A DNA stretch of 64,000 bases, taken from contig NW_027590156.1 of the NCBI RefSeq assembly GCF_964213995.1, positions 682,001-746,000 on the forward strand. The letters run 5' to 3'. Under the pieces are notes generated by a model, which did not search any database, was not told the origin of the DNA, and saw only the letters and a program-made list of their open reading frames with translations. Below, piece after piece: positions 35,510 through 48,739 of the stretch. Origin of the DNA: Mustelus asterias (lineage: Eukaryota). The first letter of the stretch is position 1. Each line of letters begins with the position of its first letter. The position numbers and the translations under genes were made by a program.

Positions 35510-36080
35510 CACATCACAATGCCCCGGGGTGATTGACAGCAGGTCCGGACCAATAGGAAGAGGCGGCGAGGCTGGAGGACCGAGCGGGAGCGGCTGGTCC
35601 TCCAACCAATCGGAGTGAATGAGGGGAGGAGCCTCGCTCGAGGCTTCCTCAGTGCGCATGCGTCGAGCCGGAGAGGCTCCCGATAAAGACGGCAGGGGAA
35701 TCTGGGCCTGTTCCGGGGAAAAGCGGGAGCTGATTTCCCCGCTTCACAACCCGCACCCGAGCTTTGTATTCGGTGCTTGGGGCCGACACGGGGTGTTTAT
35801 GAAGCCTCGAACCCACCCCCCGGCTCCATCCCCCCCTCATTACCCACCCGCCGGCTCCATCCCCCCCTCATTCCCCACCCGGCGGTGTCGGATCAGCTGA
35901 AAATTCCCACCGCCGCAATCCTGAGCTCCCAGCGGCACTGCGCATGCTCCACATCACAATGACCGGACAGTGATTGACAGCGGTTCCGGACCAAGGAAAA
36001 GGGGGCGGGGCTGGAGGACCGAGCGGGAGCGGCTGGTCCTCCAACCAATCAGAGTGAATGGGGGCGGGGCTGAGTCCGGA
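35510..36080 (-). promoter_or_regulatory. CpG-rich promoter with two tandem core copies
   Basis: 35513-35660 and 35935-36070 both match the reverse complement of 16560-16765. Confidence 0.7.
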
Positions 36081-36170
36081 TCTCCCTCATTGTCTGAAAC
36101 TCTGCATCTTTGTGAAAGTTGCTCTGTGTCAAACTCCAGGGGAAAACTGGACCTTTCTGTTTGTGGCTTC

Positions 36171-36348
36171 AAACAGATGGAGCCCTGTGGGTGCGGAGCA
36201 AACAGATGGAGCCCTGTGGGTGCGGAGCAAACAGATGGAGCCCTGTGGGTGCGGAGCAAACAGATGGAGCCCTGTGGGTGCGGAGCAAACAGATGGAGCC
36301 CTGTGGGTGCGGAGCAAACAGATGGAGCCCTGTGGGTGCAGAGCAAAC
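36171..36348. repeat. 29-bp minisatellite, 6 units
   Basis: AAACAGATGGAGCCCTGTGGGTGCGGAGC. Confidence 0.95.
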
Positions 36349-36489
36349 ACATCAACATTTATCACTGAGATAAAGACAGTAAATGTTGGAAAATCTCAGC
36401 AGGGCTGACAGCATCTGTGGAGAGAGACTAGAGTAAGAAATCTCACACCACCAGATTAAAGTCCAACAGGTTTATTTGGTAGCAAAAGC

Positions 36490-36524
36490 CACTAGCTTTC
36501 GGAGCGCTGCTCCTTCATCAGGTG
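36490..36524 (-). ncRNA. Minimal hammerhead ribozyme in a pLTR fragment (36432-36526)
   Basis: CAC CTGATGA A GGAGC-AGC-GCTCC GAAA GC TA GTG. Confidence 0.75.
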
Positions 36525-36574
36525 ACTATAAAGGAATATCAGTTAAATATCAGTGACTACAAAGGAACAACTTG

Positions 36575-37540
36575 GTGGGAAGTTAAAAAGCAGGACTCCG
36601 AGGGTAGTCATCTCAGGATTGCTACCTGTGCCACGTGCCAGTGAGGGTAAGAGTAGGATGCTCAGGCGGATGAACACATGGCTGAGGAACTGGTGTAGGG
36701 GGCAGGGTTTCAGATTTCTAGATCATTGGAAACTCTTCTGGGGCAGGTGGGACCTGTACAAGAGAGATGGGTTACACCTGAACAACAAGGGGACCAATAT
36801 ACTTGCAGGAAGGTTTGCTAGTGTTATTGGGAAGGGTTTAAACTAGATTTGCAGGGGGATGGGAACCAGAGTGCCAGAGCAGATAGTGGAGCGGGGGTGA
36901 AAATAAATGATGTTAATAGTTCATGCAAAATCACAAATAGAAGGACTGTGTGTGGAGTTGGAATGTTATGGTGAGGTTGTATAAGACATTGGTGAGGCCG
37001 AATTTAGAGTATTTTGTGCAGTTTTGGCCACCTAATTACAGGAGGGATATTAATAAGGTTGAAAGAGTGCAGAGAAGGTTTACAAGGATGTTGCCGGGAC
37101 TTGAGAAACTGAGTTACAGAGAAAGGTTAGGACTTTATTCCCTGGAGCGTAGAAGAATGAGGGGAGATTTGATAGAGGTGTATAAAATTATGATGGGTAT
37201 AGATAGAATGAATGCAAGCAGGCTTTTTCCACTGAGGCTAGGGGAGAAAATAACTAGAGGACATGGGTTAAGGGTGAGGGGGGAAAAGTTTAAAGGGAAT
37301 ATTAGCGGGGGGCTTCTTCACACAGAGAGTGATGGGAGTTTGGAATGAGCTGCCAGATGAGGTGATGAATGCGGGCTCACTTTTAACATTTAAGAAAAAC
37401 TTGGACAGGTACATGGGTGAGAGGGGTGTGGAGGGATATGGTCCAGGTGCAGGTCAGTGGGACTAGACAGAAAAATGGCTCAGAACAGCCAAGAAGGGCC
37501 AAATGGCCTGTTCCTGTGCTGTAATGTTCTGTGGTTCTAA
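36575..37540 (+). mobile_element. CR1 remnants: ORF1 3' part joined to ORF2 3' end
   Basis: KLKSRTPRVVISGLLPV..DGLHLN followed by LYKTLVRP.LEY. Confidence 0.85.
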
Positions 37541-39239
37541 CTGATCTTAAAGCCAATCTTTTTCATTCTGTGTGGAGGGGGCGTGCTGAATCAGTTTTAA
37601 TGGGGTTTTATATTTGTTTATACAATGTGGGCATTGCTGGCTCGACCAGCATCAATTGCCCACCCCAAATTATTCTTGAGAAGGTGATTGGGGCTGCCTT
37701 CTTGAACTGCAGATTTGAAGTTACTGTCAGATCAGCCGTGATCTAATTAAATGGGTCAAGGGGCTGAATGATCTACTCTCCTATATTTATAAGTTTGCCG
37801 CAGTCGAAGATGCTGTGCGGAAGGGATTTCCAGGATTTTTGATCAGCGACAGTGAAAGGACAGCAACATGATTCCAAGTCAGGATTGTTTATGTCTTGGG
37901 TGCCATTGTTTTTCGGTAAAGGGTCTGTTCCTCTGCTGTACTGTTCTTCGTTCTTTGATAACGTCAGTTGTCCATGTTGCCAATTATCTGCTGCCCTTGT
38001 CTCTCGGTGGTAGAGTTTGTAGGATTGGAAGGTAAAGGTCGCAGTGTTGGAAGGTGCTGTTGAAAGTTAAATTATATTAATTTCTTCAGACGAAAAAGTG
38101 GAACTCAGGTGAAGATTTGGTGGGGAGATCTAGATCAGAGAGGCAGTATTTCAGAGTTTATCACTGTGATAGCAGCAATCCCATTGCTATCTGTTGGCAA
38201 GACTGATGGAAATATTTAAAATGGAGACCATTGGAGGACGAGGTACAATGGAATTTGTGAACTATCTGAGGATAATGGTGAGGGGAAAGGAAGGGATCAG
38301 GAAAGCAGCTGACACTTCATATTGTTCCAGGAGAAGTGGGGTCAGGTTGTGTAGATGTCAGGTTTTACGCAGCACACAGTCAGTCTGGATGGAAAATCTC
38401 TGAATCATTCAGTTGGAAACTCAGAGACCTATCATTGCTCGGAGGAAGGTTGTGTTGCAACTGATGAGAAGCAGCTTCACTCAGACACCTACATCCTCAT
38501 GCACAAAAACTAACACACGCAGCCATCCTCCCACCCACCCACGTGATGTACCAACTGACTCAAGAGCAGCTTCTTCCCTGCTATCCGACTTTTGAATGGA
38601 CCAACGTATATTAAATTGATCTTATTCTACACCCTTGCTATGACTGTAACACTATATTCTACACCCTCTTTTTTCCTTTTCCCCGATGTACTTTAGAATG
38701 TATGTTTTGTCTGTATAGCGCACAAGAAACAATACCTTTCACTGTATCCCAATACATGTGACAATAGTAAATCAAATCAAATCAAAAACTCTCACATGAA
38801 ACAGAGCCTGTCCCATTGGGTGGACAACACCAGCTAACATGACTAAAACTGAGGATAAAGTATTGGTGTCTGTAAGGGCTGAAACAATACCCTTATCTCT
38901 TGTTGATCTGTGGCACCAAGTTCCAGACTCCTTCATGAATCATCCTCTTGGCCTCTAGCCTGTCAACCCCCCATGAGAATCTTATATGTTTCAGAAAGTT
39001 CACTGCTCATTCTTCTAAACCTAATGATTAGAGGTGCAACCTTTCCCCAAAAGACAATGAGTTGGATTCTCCGGCCGCGCTCACCCCAAAACTGGAGAAT
39101 CCTGCCCGAGGTCAATGGGCCTTTGTGGTCCCGCCCCTCTGCCCGCGACGATACCTGTGGTGGGCAGGATGGGAGAATTCTCACCTACACCTTACAATCT
39201 TTCCTCAAAAGACAACACCTTCATCTGAGGAATGGACCT

Positions 39240-39700
39240 GGTGAACCTTCTCTGAACTCATTCCAATGAAAGCATGTCATTCCATCAGTAGGGAGACCAA
39301 AACCGTACACAGTATTCCAGCTGCTCTCTCAGCAATGTCCTGTGTAGGTGCAGCAAGTTCCCTTTTTCAAACTCCACCCCCTTGCAGTAAAGTCCAACAC
39401 TCCATTTGCCGCCTTCTTTACTTGCTGTACCTTCATCCTATTTTTTCACGATTCATGTACAAGGACACCCAGATTCCTCTCTACGGCAGTGTTCTTCAGT
39501 TTCTGTATATTTAAACAATTTTTTGCTTCTCTATTCTTCCTGCCAAAGCCGAAAAGCTCCCACTTTCCCGCACTATACTCCATCTGCCATTTTTCTGTCC
39601 ATTCAGGTAACTTATCTGTGTCCCTTACAGATTTTTTGTAATAACCTCACAGCTTGCTTTTCTACCTATCTTTGTATCATCAATTCTGGCTTCATCCAAG
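39240..39700 (-). mobile_element. Degenerate CR1 RT fragment
   Basis: Minus strand DDTKIG...KWQMEYSAGK. Confidence 0.65.
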
Positions 39701-40468
39701 TCATTGATCAAGGTGGCTGTTTTTCTCTCTCTCAGTTGTGGGTGATATTTGTCCCTATTCTCCTGGAAACTGAATGAATCTTGTTCCAAACTGGGTTCAA
39801 TATCAGACATTTCAGGGAGTCAGGAATCATTCGCCCCTGAACCTACACTGGTAAAATCCCAGGCAGTTCCTCAGTAAGGATTTTTCTGGTTCCTCACCAT
39901 ATATTAGTCAGGATACTGAAACCCAGCTTTTTTACAGTCCACTCCTGGAGGCCCCACTCCCTGAGCCGACAACATTCAGCAGTGTCAGTGCTGAAGTTTC
40001 ACCGTGGGAGTGATTCCCAGAGTAACTGTCAATCAGATCACCATTGATGTCCAGGTTTGTGTATTTTTAGTTATCCTGATGTCTAACACACACACATCAA
40101 TAAAACAGGGAATTCCTGCAAACAAACTGCAGCTTCTTCTCTATCTGGAGATCCAATGTTTGTTGAATAATTGTCCCAGCGGTTAACAGGCTCCTGTGAA
40201 CTCATCCAACTCATATTTTAATACTGACTTTAACAAATATATTTCAAATAGGTTTATTTTAAATGAGTTAAAACCAGCCTTAAAATGGTAGATATAGTAT
40301 AATAACCAAAGTACTTTTCAGACTGGAAACTTTAACCTGCTGTTTCACTTTGATTTAGGAGCAGATCCCAGTTTTACATCAATCTCTGATTCATGTGTCC
40401 AGCATTCACCGTCATTCTAAAAACAGAAGTTGCTGCAAAATCTCAGTAAGTCTGACAGAATCTGTAAA

Positions 40469-40956
40469 TGGTAGTCATGATGTGGAGATGCCGGCGTTGG
40501 ACTGGGGTAAGCACAGTAAGAAGTCTCACAACACCAGGTTAAAGTCCAACAGGTTTATTTGGTAGCAAATACCTTGGAGATACCACAGATACTTATCTGT
40601 TTCAGTATCCTGACTAATATATGGTGAGGAACCAGAAAAATCCTGACTGAGGAACTGTCTGGGGTTTTACCAGTGTAGGTTCAGGGGCGAATGATTCCTG
40701 ACTCCCTGAAATGTCTGATATTGAACCCAGTTTGGAACAAGATTCATTCAGTTTCCAGGAGAATAGGGACAAATATCACCCACAACTGAGAGAGAGAAAA
40801 ACAGCTACCTTGATCAATGACTTGGATGAAGCCAGAATTGATGATACAAAGATAGGTAGAAAAGCAATCTGTGTACCAAGTAACAAATACCACAAATACA
40901 CGTATTTGCTACCAAATAAACCTGTTGGACTTTAACCTGGTGTTGTGAGACTTCTT
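40469..40956 (-). mobile_element. Fold-back PLE insertion with 14-bp TSD carrying captured local DNA
   Basis: ACAGAATCTGTAAA at 40455-40468 and 40957-40970; internal about 40599-40868 is the reverse complement of about 39654-39922. Confidence 0.88.
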
Positions 40957-41236
40957 ACAGAATCTGTAAAGACAGGAACAGTTAATGTTTCCAGTTGAAT
41001 GTGACTCTTCTTCAGTGTCAAAACATTAGCTCTGTTTCTCTCTCCAGAGATGCTGTCAGACCTGCTGAGTTTTTACAGCACTTCTTGTTTTTATTTACGA
41101 GTTCAGGACTCAGACAAGACAATCCACAATACAAATCTTACAACTGGGCCAGGGTTTATTAACATCAGCAGAAACAGACACCAATGAAAATGGTTGGGAC
41201 CTCGATGTGATTAACAGCAAAATTCAGTCCTTGCAG

Positions 41237-42247
41237 TCACTCGTGAACATGATGGTGTTTCCGCAGGTGAGGTGACTGAGTGAATCCCTTCCCACACACG
41301 GAGCAGGTGAATGGCCTGTCCCCAGTGTGAATTCGCTGGTGCTTTACCAGGTTGGATGATTGACTGAATCCCTTGCCACAATCAGAGCAAGTGAATGGTC
41401 TCTCCCCAGTGTGAACTCGCTGGTGCCTCCGCAGGCTGGATGAACAAGTGAATCCCTCTGCACACTGAGGGCAGCTGAATGGTCTCTCCCCGGTGTGAAC
41501 TTGCTGGTGCCTCTGCAGGCTGGATGAACAAGTGAATCCCTCCCCACACTGAGGGCAGCTGAACGGCCTCTCCCCAGTGTGAACTCGCTGGTGTTTCTGC
41601 AGGTTGGATAACTGAGTGAATCCCTTCCCACACTGAGAGCAGCTGAATGGCCTCTCCCCAGTGTGAACTCGTTGGTGTGCCCGCAGGCTGGATGAACAAG
41701 TGAATCCCTTCCCACACTGAAAGCAGCTGAATGGTCTCTCCCCAGTGTGAACTCGCTGGTGTGTCCGCAGGCTGGATGACTGAGTGAATCCCTCCCCACA
41801 CTGAGAACACGTAAATGGTCTCTCCCCCGTGTGAACTCGCTGGTGCCTCCGCAGGTGGGATGAACAAGTGAATCCCTTCCCACACTGAGGACAGCTGAAT
41901 GGTCTCTCCCCAGTGTGAACTCGCTGGTGTGCCCGCAGGCTGGATGACTGAGTGAATCCCTCCCCACACTGAGAACACGTAAATGGTTTCTCCCCAGTGT
42001 GAACTCGCTGGTGTTTCTGCAGGTGGGATGACTGAGTGAATCCCTCCCCACACTGAGAGCAGGTGAACGGTCTCTCCCCAGTGTGAATTCGGTGGTGTGT
42101 CCACAGGTCAGATGACCGAGTGAATCCCTTCCCACACTGAGAACACGTGAATGGTCTCTCCCCAGTGTGGCTGCGCCGATGAGCTTCCAGCAGAGATGGG
42201 GCTCTGTATCCCTTCCCACAGTCTGCACATTTCCATGGTTTCTCCAT
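41237..42247 (-). CDS. C2H2 zinc-finger protein ZNF-F (336 aa, 12 fingers), MEKPW-start
   Basis: Intact ORF; highly homogeneous fingers. Confidence 0.92.
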   Translation of the reverse strand: MEKPWKCADCGKGYRAPSLLEAHRRSHTGERPFTCSQCGKGFTRSSDLWTHHRIHTGERPFTCSQCGEGFTQSSHLQKHQRVHTGEKPFTCSQCGEGFTQSSSLRAHQRVHTGERPFSCPQCGKGFTCSSHLRRHQRVHTGERPFTCSQCGEGFTQSSSLRTHQRVHTGERPFSCFQCGKGFTCSSSLRAHQRVHTGERPFSCSQCGKGFTQLSNLQKHQRVHTGERPFSCPQCGEGFTCSSSLQRHQQVHTGERPFSCPQCAEGFTCSSSLRRHQRVHTGERPFTCSDCGKGFSQSSNLVKHQRIHTGDRPFTCSVCGKGFTQSPHLRKHHHVHE

Positions 42248-43499
42248 GGTGCAGGTGTCCTTGCCTCTGTCTTGGGTGGACAATCAGTCGAAGCCTCGTC
42301 CACACTCACAACACGAGTACAGTCTCTCCCTGCTGTGAATGGTGTGATATTTATTCAGGCTGTGTAACTGGTTTAGTCAGTGCACTGGAAGACTCTCACT
42401 CGAGTGTGGCAGTGTGTTGGTGCTTTTCCAGTCACACTGATGTTTGAAACCTTTTCAAATCGACAGACCACACAACCATTTCCCCTTCTTGATTCAAAGT
42501 CCGATGATATTCAGCTCCCATGGAATATGACTCTGTCAGATCTAGACATGACGTTTGAGATTTCGGTCTGTGATTCCTCTTTCAATATCCTGTAAAACGA
42601 GTTTACAAAAGTCATCAGTGTCAGTACGCGATAGAAATTCAGAACAGACAATTCTAGTTTCCATGGAACATTCTTTCCTATTTCAGTCCCAAAGAGCTGT
42701 AAATCTCCATCCCACACACTCTCCCTCCATTCTCACTCTGCTGTATCTAATATTCACCCTCACAATTCTCCTGAAGGTGCTGATTGAGGCTGATTGACAG
42801 CTCCATGCTCACTGCTTCCTGTCCTGGACACAGAGACCATAACAAATAGGAGCTGCAGTCTGCCATTTGGCCCATCGAGCCTTTTAAACTATTCAATGAG
42901 ATAATTTGTTCATCTACCTCAGCATCATTCTCCCCACATTAAACCCATATCCCTTGATATCTTCAATATCTAGAAACCAATCAATATCTCTCTTGAAAAT
43001 AGTTGATGACTGAGGCTTCACTGTCCTCAGGGGTTGAGAATTCCAAAGCTTTACCACATCCTTCAGTGAAGAAATCGCCCCACATATTACTTTTGCTCCA
43101 TCTTCTTGTCTGTTCCCCATAACTCTTGACACCCTTGTCAGTCAAAGATCTGTCTAACTGGAATATATTCAATGATCCTCAGCCTCCACTGGTCCCTGTA
43201 GAAGAGAAATCCAAAAGACTAACAACCCTCTGGGGGAAGAGATGTCTGGAAATATATCACGTAGCTACAGTTCCATATTACAAGATATTCAGGTCCCAAG
43301 GAATATGACTCTGTCTAGACGTGGCGGTTGAGATTTTTGCCTGTGATTCCTCATTGAAAATCCTGTGAAATGAGTTTGCAAAAGTCATCACAGTCAGTAT
43401 AGGATAGAAATTCAGAGCAGACAATTCTAGTTTCTATGGAACATTCTTTCCTATTTCATTCCCAAGAAGTTGTAAATCTCCATCCATATCAATGGATTC

Positions 43500-45248
43500 T
43501 CACCTGGTGTTGTGAGATTACTTACTGTGCTTATCCCAGTTCAACGCCGGCATCTCCACACTCTGAGCGGAGACAGAGAGAAGTAGGAGAGGCCGGAGGT
43601 GAGGAGAGAGATTTTATACATCTACAACTCAACAGGAACTTTGACAGAATTTCCAAACCCTGTGAACACCATCAGCTCCAAGTTCCTCTCCAACTCACAC
43701 ACCATCCTGACTTGTCTGACATCCAGTACTGAAAGAACAGAAATTTATTTCATATAAATACTGGGAAGACTGAACCCATTGTGTTCAGTCCCCACTACAA
43801 ACTCCACTCCCTCGCCAACAACTTTATCTCTCCTCCTGGCAACTGTCTGAGGCTGAACCAGGCTGTTCACAACCAGGGTGAAATAGTTCATCCCAAGATG
43901 AGCTTCCAGCCACATGTCCACATCATCATTAAGACCACCTTCATTCATAGAAGCATTAATAGTAATTAATTAATAATAATGAATCAGAAAATAGTGTAGG
44001 AGGCCATTCAGCCCATCGAGCCTGCACCGGGAACAATCCCATCCAGGCCCTATCCACATATTTACCTGTTAATCCCCCTGATACCAAGTGGCAATTTATC
44101 ATGGCCAATCCGTCTAACTGGCACATCTCTCGACTGTGGAAGGAAACCGGAACACCCGGAGGAAACCCACACAGGCACGGGGAGAATGTAGAAACTCTGC
44201 ACAGACAGTGACCCGAGGCTGGAATTGAACCCGGGTCCCTGGCGCTGTTAGGCAGCTGCACTAACCACTGTGCCACCGGGCCACATGTCAGTGCCATCGC
44301 CCGACTCCAGCCTAGTCTCAGCTCATCTGGAACCCTCACCCATTCCATTGTGACGTCACACTCTCACCCATTCCATTGTGACGTCACACTCTCACCCATT
44401 CCATTGTGACGTCACACTCTCACCCATTCCATTGTGACGTCACACTCTCACCCATTCCATTGTGACGTCAGGGCTTCACTCTCCGATCACAATCCCTGCC
44501 GACCTCCCACATGCAGCCTCAATGGCGGCAGTCAGCCCGGGTCTAACACTACAAGCTGCCGCTCCATTTGGTACAAAGGGGGGGACCGGGAAGTTCATTT
44601 CCGGGGATTGGGTTTGAACAACATGTTTAAGGAGCCTCTCCACCCACCCGGTGGATTCATCGCTCCCCGCGCACCGTCCTCTACTAGGTATTGATCTCGC
44701 TTCCCAGTTAAAACCGTCCGTCTGTCCGTCGCCATTACCCGCACTTCCCGCCCCTCATTCACTCCGATTGGTTGGAGGACCAGCCGCTCCCGCTCGGTCC
44801 TCCAGCCCCGCCCCCTCTTCCTATTGATCCGGAGCTGCCGTCAATCAGCCCCCGGGCATTGTGATGTGGAGCATGCGCAGTGTCATTGCTGTCCTTGGCG
44901 CTTGTTTGTCCCGGAGAAGCGGAGTCAGCGTTAGGCGGTGGCTGGGAGGATTTGGAAACACTTTGAGGATCCGCAAACCCTTCAGAATCATTGTCAGCTC
45001 CCTGGTTTGCAGCTGCGGGGCTTCTCCCTCCCTCCCTCCCGGGAACAGGCCCAGGTTAACGGCCCCATCCTGGCTCAGCCACTGGAGGATGGTTCACATC
45101 AGAGGATGGGGGAGGGGGACAATAAATAAGAGGTTACACTTTGGCCTCAAATCAATGAGGACTCTGATCTCTGGGAAGGAAGGAAACCCTGGGAGGTGGG
45201 CGGGGAGGATTCACAAACACCCGCTGGAGGCACCAACACCCCCAATAA
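43500..45248 (+). repeat. Second copy of the promoter-containing duplication (includes SINE about 43990-44278 and promoter about 44700-44900)
   Basis: Collinear with 15230-17130. Confidence 0.92.
44333..44472. repeat. 28-bp CRE minisatellite, 5 units
   Basis: TGACGTCA at 44351, 44379, 44407, 44435 and 44463. Confidence 0.95.
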
Positions 45249-45513
45249 AAAGCTGCAGCTCCCGGGTTTGCAGCTTTTTCCCGGGAGGGAGTTGGGGAAG
45301 TTTTGTGGAGACCATTCCCGGCTGGTTCAGTTAGTGGTTCCTGGAGCTCAGAAACCCTGGGTTAGAATCCTGAACCCCACACTGGGTGGTTGTTTTATTA
45401 AATACTTTTTATTTATTAATCATCTGTTGAAGAAAATATTAATGTGTTTTGAAAAATCATTTTATAGCATTTGTGAAAATGCCCATTAAAATAGCAATTC
45501 TCCCAATGTATTT

Positions 45514-45835
45514 CATAGGATCCCTACAGGGCTGGAGGAGGTTATTCGGCCCATCGAGTCTGCACCGACAACAATCACACCTATGCTCTATTCCCACATA
45601 TGTAACCTGCTAATCCCTCTAACCTACTCATCCCAGGACACTAAGGGGCAATTTAGTGTGGCCAATGCACCTAACTGGCATATCTTTGGACGATAGGAGG
45701 AAACTGGAGCATCTGGAGAAAACCCACACAGACATGGGGAGAATGGGCAGACTCCACACGGACAGTGACCCAAGTTGGGAATTGAACCCAGGTCCCTGGA
45801 GCTCTGAGGCAGCAGTGCTAGCCACCGTGCCGCCT
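45514..45835 (-). mobile_element. HE1-like SINE, diverged
   Basis: Head, core and tail similarity. Confidence 0.8.
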
Positions 45836-46801
45836 ACATTGCTGATGAGAATTTTAATTTACTGACTTGGGAATTAATTCTCGGGAATAGTCATTCTGAA
45901 AATGACCATTAAAATGTGTTTTAATTTACCCCATAATTGCAGACTTCAGTTTGCATTTCAAAATTCAATTGGGAATGTCTGGGAGCAAATGGTAAAATGA
46001 GGTTTGAGACACCAGCTGCAATTATTTTCTGTGACTGATGATACCTTTGTGCCTGTGCAGGAGGTAATTCCCCTGGTGCTGTGGCACAAATAAAATGGAG
46101 CCTTTCCCAGGAACCGGCCCATGTTAATGGTCACCGTGGTGTTTCATTGGTGAGCAGAGCACATGTGCCTATTGTCGTAACAATAGAGTCAGTGGGGCTG
46201 CACATCCCCTGACTTGGAAGGAAAATAATTGACTCCTTGATTGTACTCTCAATCTGCACATGGTCTGGAGGACTGAATCCAGCTGGAGGGAGAGGGAGCT
46301 GGGCTCAGAGTGGAGATGGGGCAATGAGTTTGATTTCAGCTCAGGGACAAGAGAGAGTGTGTGGGATGGGGATTACAGCTCAAGATAAATGTGATAGAGA
46401 AATGTTTCGTGGAAACTGAAATTGTCTGTTCTGAAGCAGTTTTTTAAAACTCTTTTTGCAGGGAACTAGAAGAGGAGGATTCACAGACAGGAAACTCAAA
46501 CTAAACTTCACATCAAAGTCTGACAGAGCCATTCGATTCATCACGACCTAAATATGATTACTTTTGACAGTGGAGGGATAAATCATTCCCTGTATTGTCA
46601 GTGGAAGAAAATTTCAAAATTCAATGTGACAGAAAAAGAACTGAGACACACACATACACCCAAGTGAGAGTGCTCCAGTGACCTGACAGTGGATAGAGCT
46701 TTAACCAGTTACATAGCCAGAAAAACATCACACCATGGTCTGTATGTGGATGAGGCTTCAACTAATCATCCAACCTGGAGAGACAGAAGGACACCAGCAC
46801 C

Positions 46802-47244
46802 ATGGACAAACCGTGGAAATGTGAGGATTGTGGTAAAGGATTCAATTATCCACCCGGTTGGAAACCCATTGACACGGTCTCATTGGGGTTGGGAAAATGG
46901 AGAAACCATGGAAATGTGATGATTGTGATAAAGGATGCAATTATCCGTACTTGCTGGAAAACCATAGACACAGTCACATTGGAGAGAGGCCATTCATCTG
47001 TTCTGTGTGTGGGAAAGGATTCACTATCTCATCCCACCTGCTGTTACACCAGCAAATTCACACTGAGGAGAGGCCGTTCAGCTGCTCCACCTGTGGAAAG
47101 GGGTTCTTGTGTTCATCCAACCTCAGTGCACATCAGCGAGTTCACACTGGGGAGAGATCGTTCACCTGCTCCTTGTGTGGGAAGGAGTTTGCTAGGCCAT
47201 CCAGTCTTTGGACACAACAGCGAATTCACACAGGATATATATAA
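46802..47244 (+). pseudogene. C2H2 zinc-finger gene ZNF-G: frameshifted first finger plus 4-finger ORF (46897-47244)
   Basis: MDKPWKC.. frameshift, then MEKPWKC..; CR1 inserted right after the last finger. Confidence 0.7.
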
Positions 47245-48208
47245 TATATATAAATGATTTGGAGGAAAATGTAACTGGATTGATTAGTAAATTTGCGGAC
47301 GACACAGAGGTTGATGGATTTGCGGATAGCGATGAGGACTATCAGAGGATACAGCAGGATATAGATCGGTTGGAGACTTGGGTGGAGAGATGGCAGATGG
47401 AGTTTAATCCAGACACGTGACGTAATGCATTTTGGAAGGTCTAATACAGATAGGAAATATACAGTAAATGGCAGAACCCTTAACAATATTGATAGGCAAA
47501 GGGATTGGAGTGTACAGGTGGACAGATCACTGAAAGTGGCAATGCAGGTGTAGAAGGTCATCAAGAAGACATACGGCATGCTTGCCTTCATCGGCTGGGG
47601 CATTGAGTTTAAAAATTGGCAAGTCATGTTGCAGCTTTATAGAACCTTTAGTTAGGCCGCACTTGGAATATTGTGTTCAATTCTGGTTGCCACACTACCA
47701 GAAGGATGTGGAGGCTTTCGAGAGGGTCCAGAAAAGATTTACCAGGATGTTGCCTGGTATGGAGGGCATTAGCTATGAGGAGAGGTTGGAGAAACTTGGT
47801 TTGTTCTCACTTGAGCGACGGAGGTTGAGGGGACACCTGATAGAAGTCGACAAGATTATGAGAGGCATGGACAAAGTGGATAGTCAGAAGCTTTTTCCCA
47901 GGGTGGAAGAGTCAATTACTCGGGGGAATAGGTTTAAGGTGCGAGGGGTAAAGTTTAAAAGAGATGTACGAGGCAGATGTTTTACACAGAGAGTGGTGGG
48001 TGCCTGGAATTCATTGCCGGGGGAGGTAGTGGAAGCAGATACGGTATTGACTTTTAAGGGGCGTCTTGACAAGCACATGAATCAGATGGGAATAGAGGGA
48101 TATGGTCCCTGGAAGGGTAGTGGGTTTTAGTTAAGTCGGGCAGTATGGTCGGTGCAGGCATGGAGTGCCGAAGGGCCTGTTCCTGTGCTGTAATTTTCTT
48201 TGTTCTTA
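47240..48208 (+). mobile_element. 5'-truncated CR1
   Basis: YINDL..KFADDT to a TTCTTTGTTCTT tail; ACACAGG on both flanks (47228, 48211). Confidence 0.9.
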
Positions 48209-48739
48209 GTACACAGGCCAATTTATCTTTCTAGGGGTGAGTGTGTCTGAGAGGTATGCAACTGGAAAACATTTTCCATTCACCTCCTGCATTGCTGCAG
48301 TACATATAGATATCGTTCTCACTCTGCCAGCAGGGCTGTGGGATTAATTGGACAGATCTTAAAGACTGCCCGACGGGGCAGGATGTGCCAAATGGTTTCC
48401 ATCTGTGATGTATCGTTCCATAAAACAGAATATTCAGCATCAGGAGAAAGAAAGTGAAAGAAACCTGTCTCTGTGGGATTTACCCAACCAGTATGAGCAC
48501 CTTCGGGAGAGCAGAGAGAGGGGAGGAAACCAGTGGGAAAAGTTTTAAAAACTCGAGGTATTCCCACAGGAGAGCACTGGTTTAAATCAATTTTAGAAAT
48601 AGAGAATGGCAGCGCACAAATTCCGAGGAATGCATTTTTAAAAATTAATTGATCTTAATTGCACAAGATAATTTTCTATTATTGTCTTTGACAATGACGC
48701 CGTTAAGTCCCAGGTGGCCCTGCGGGTGTGAAAGTGTCC

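Noticed and set aside
41344-42309. Long alternative-frame ORFs over the ZNF arrays (GRDSL.../HWGE... repeats)
   Set aside because: Shadow frames of the 84-bp finger repeat
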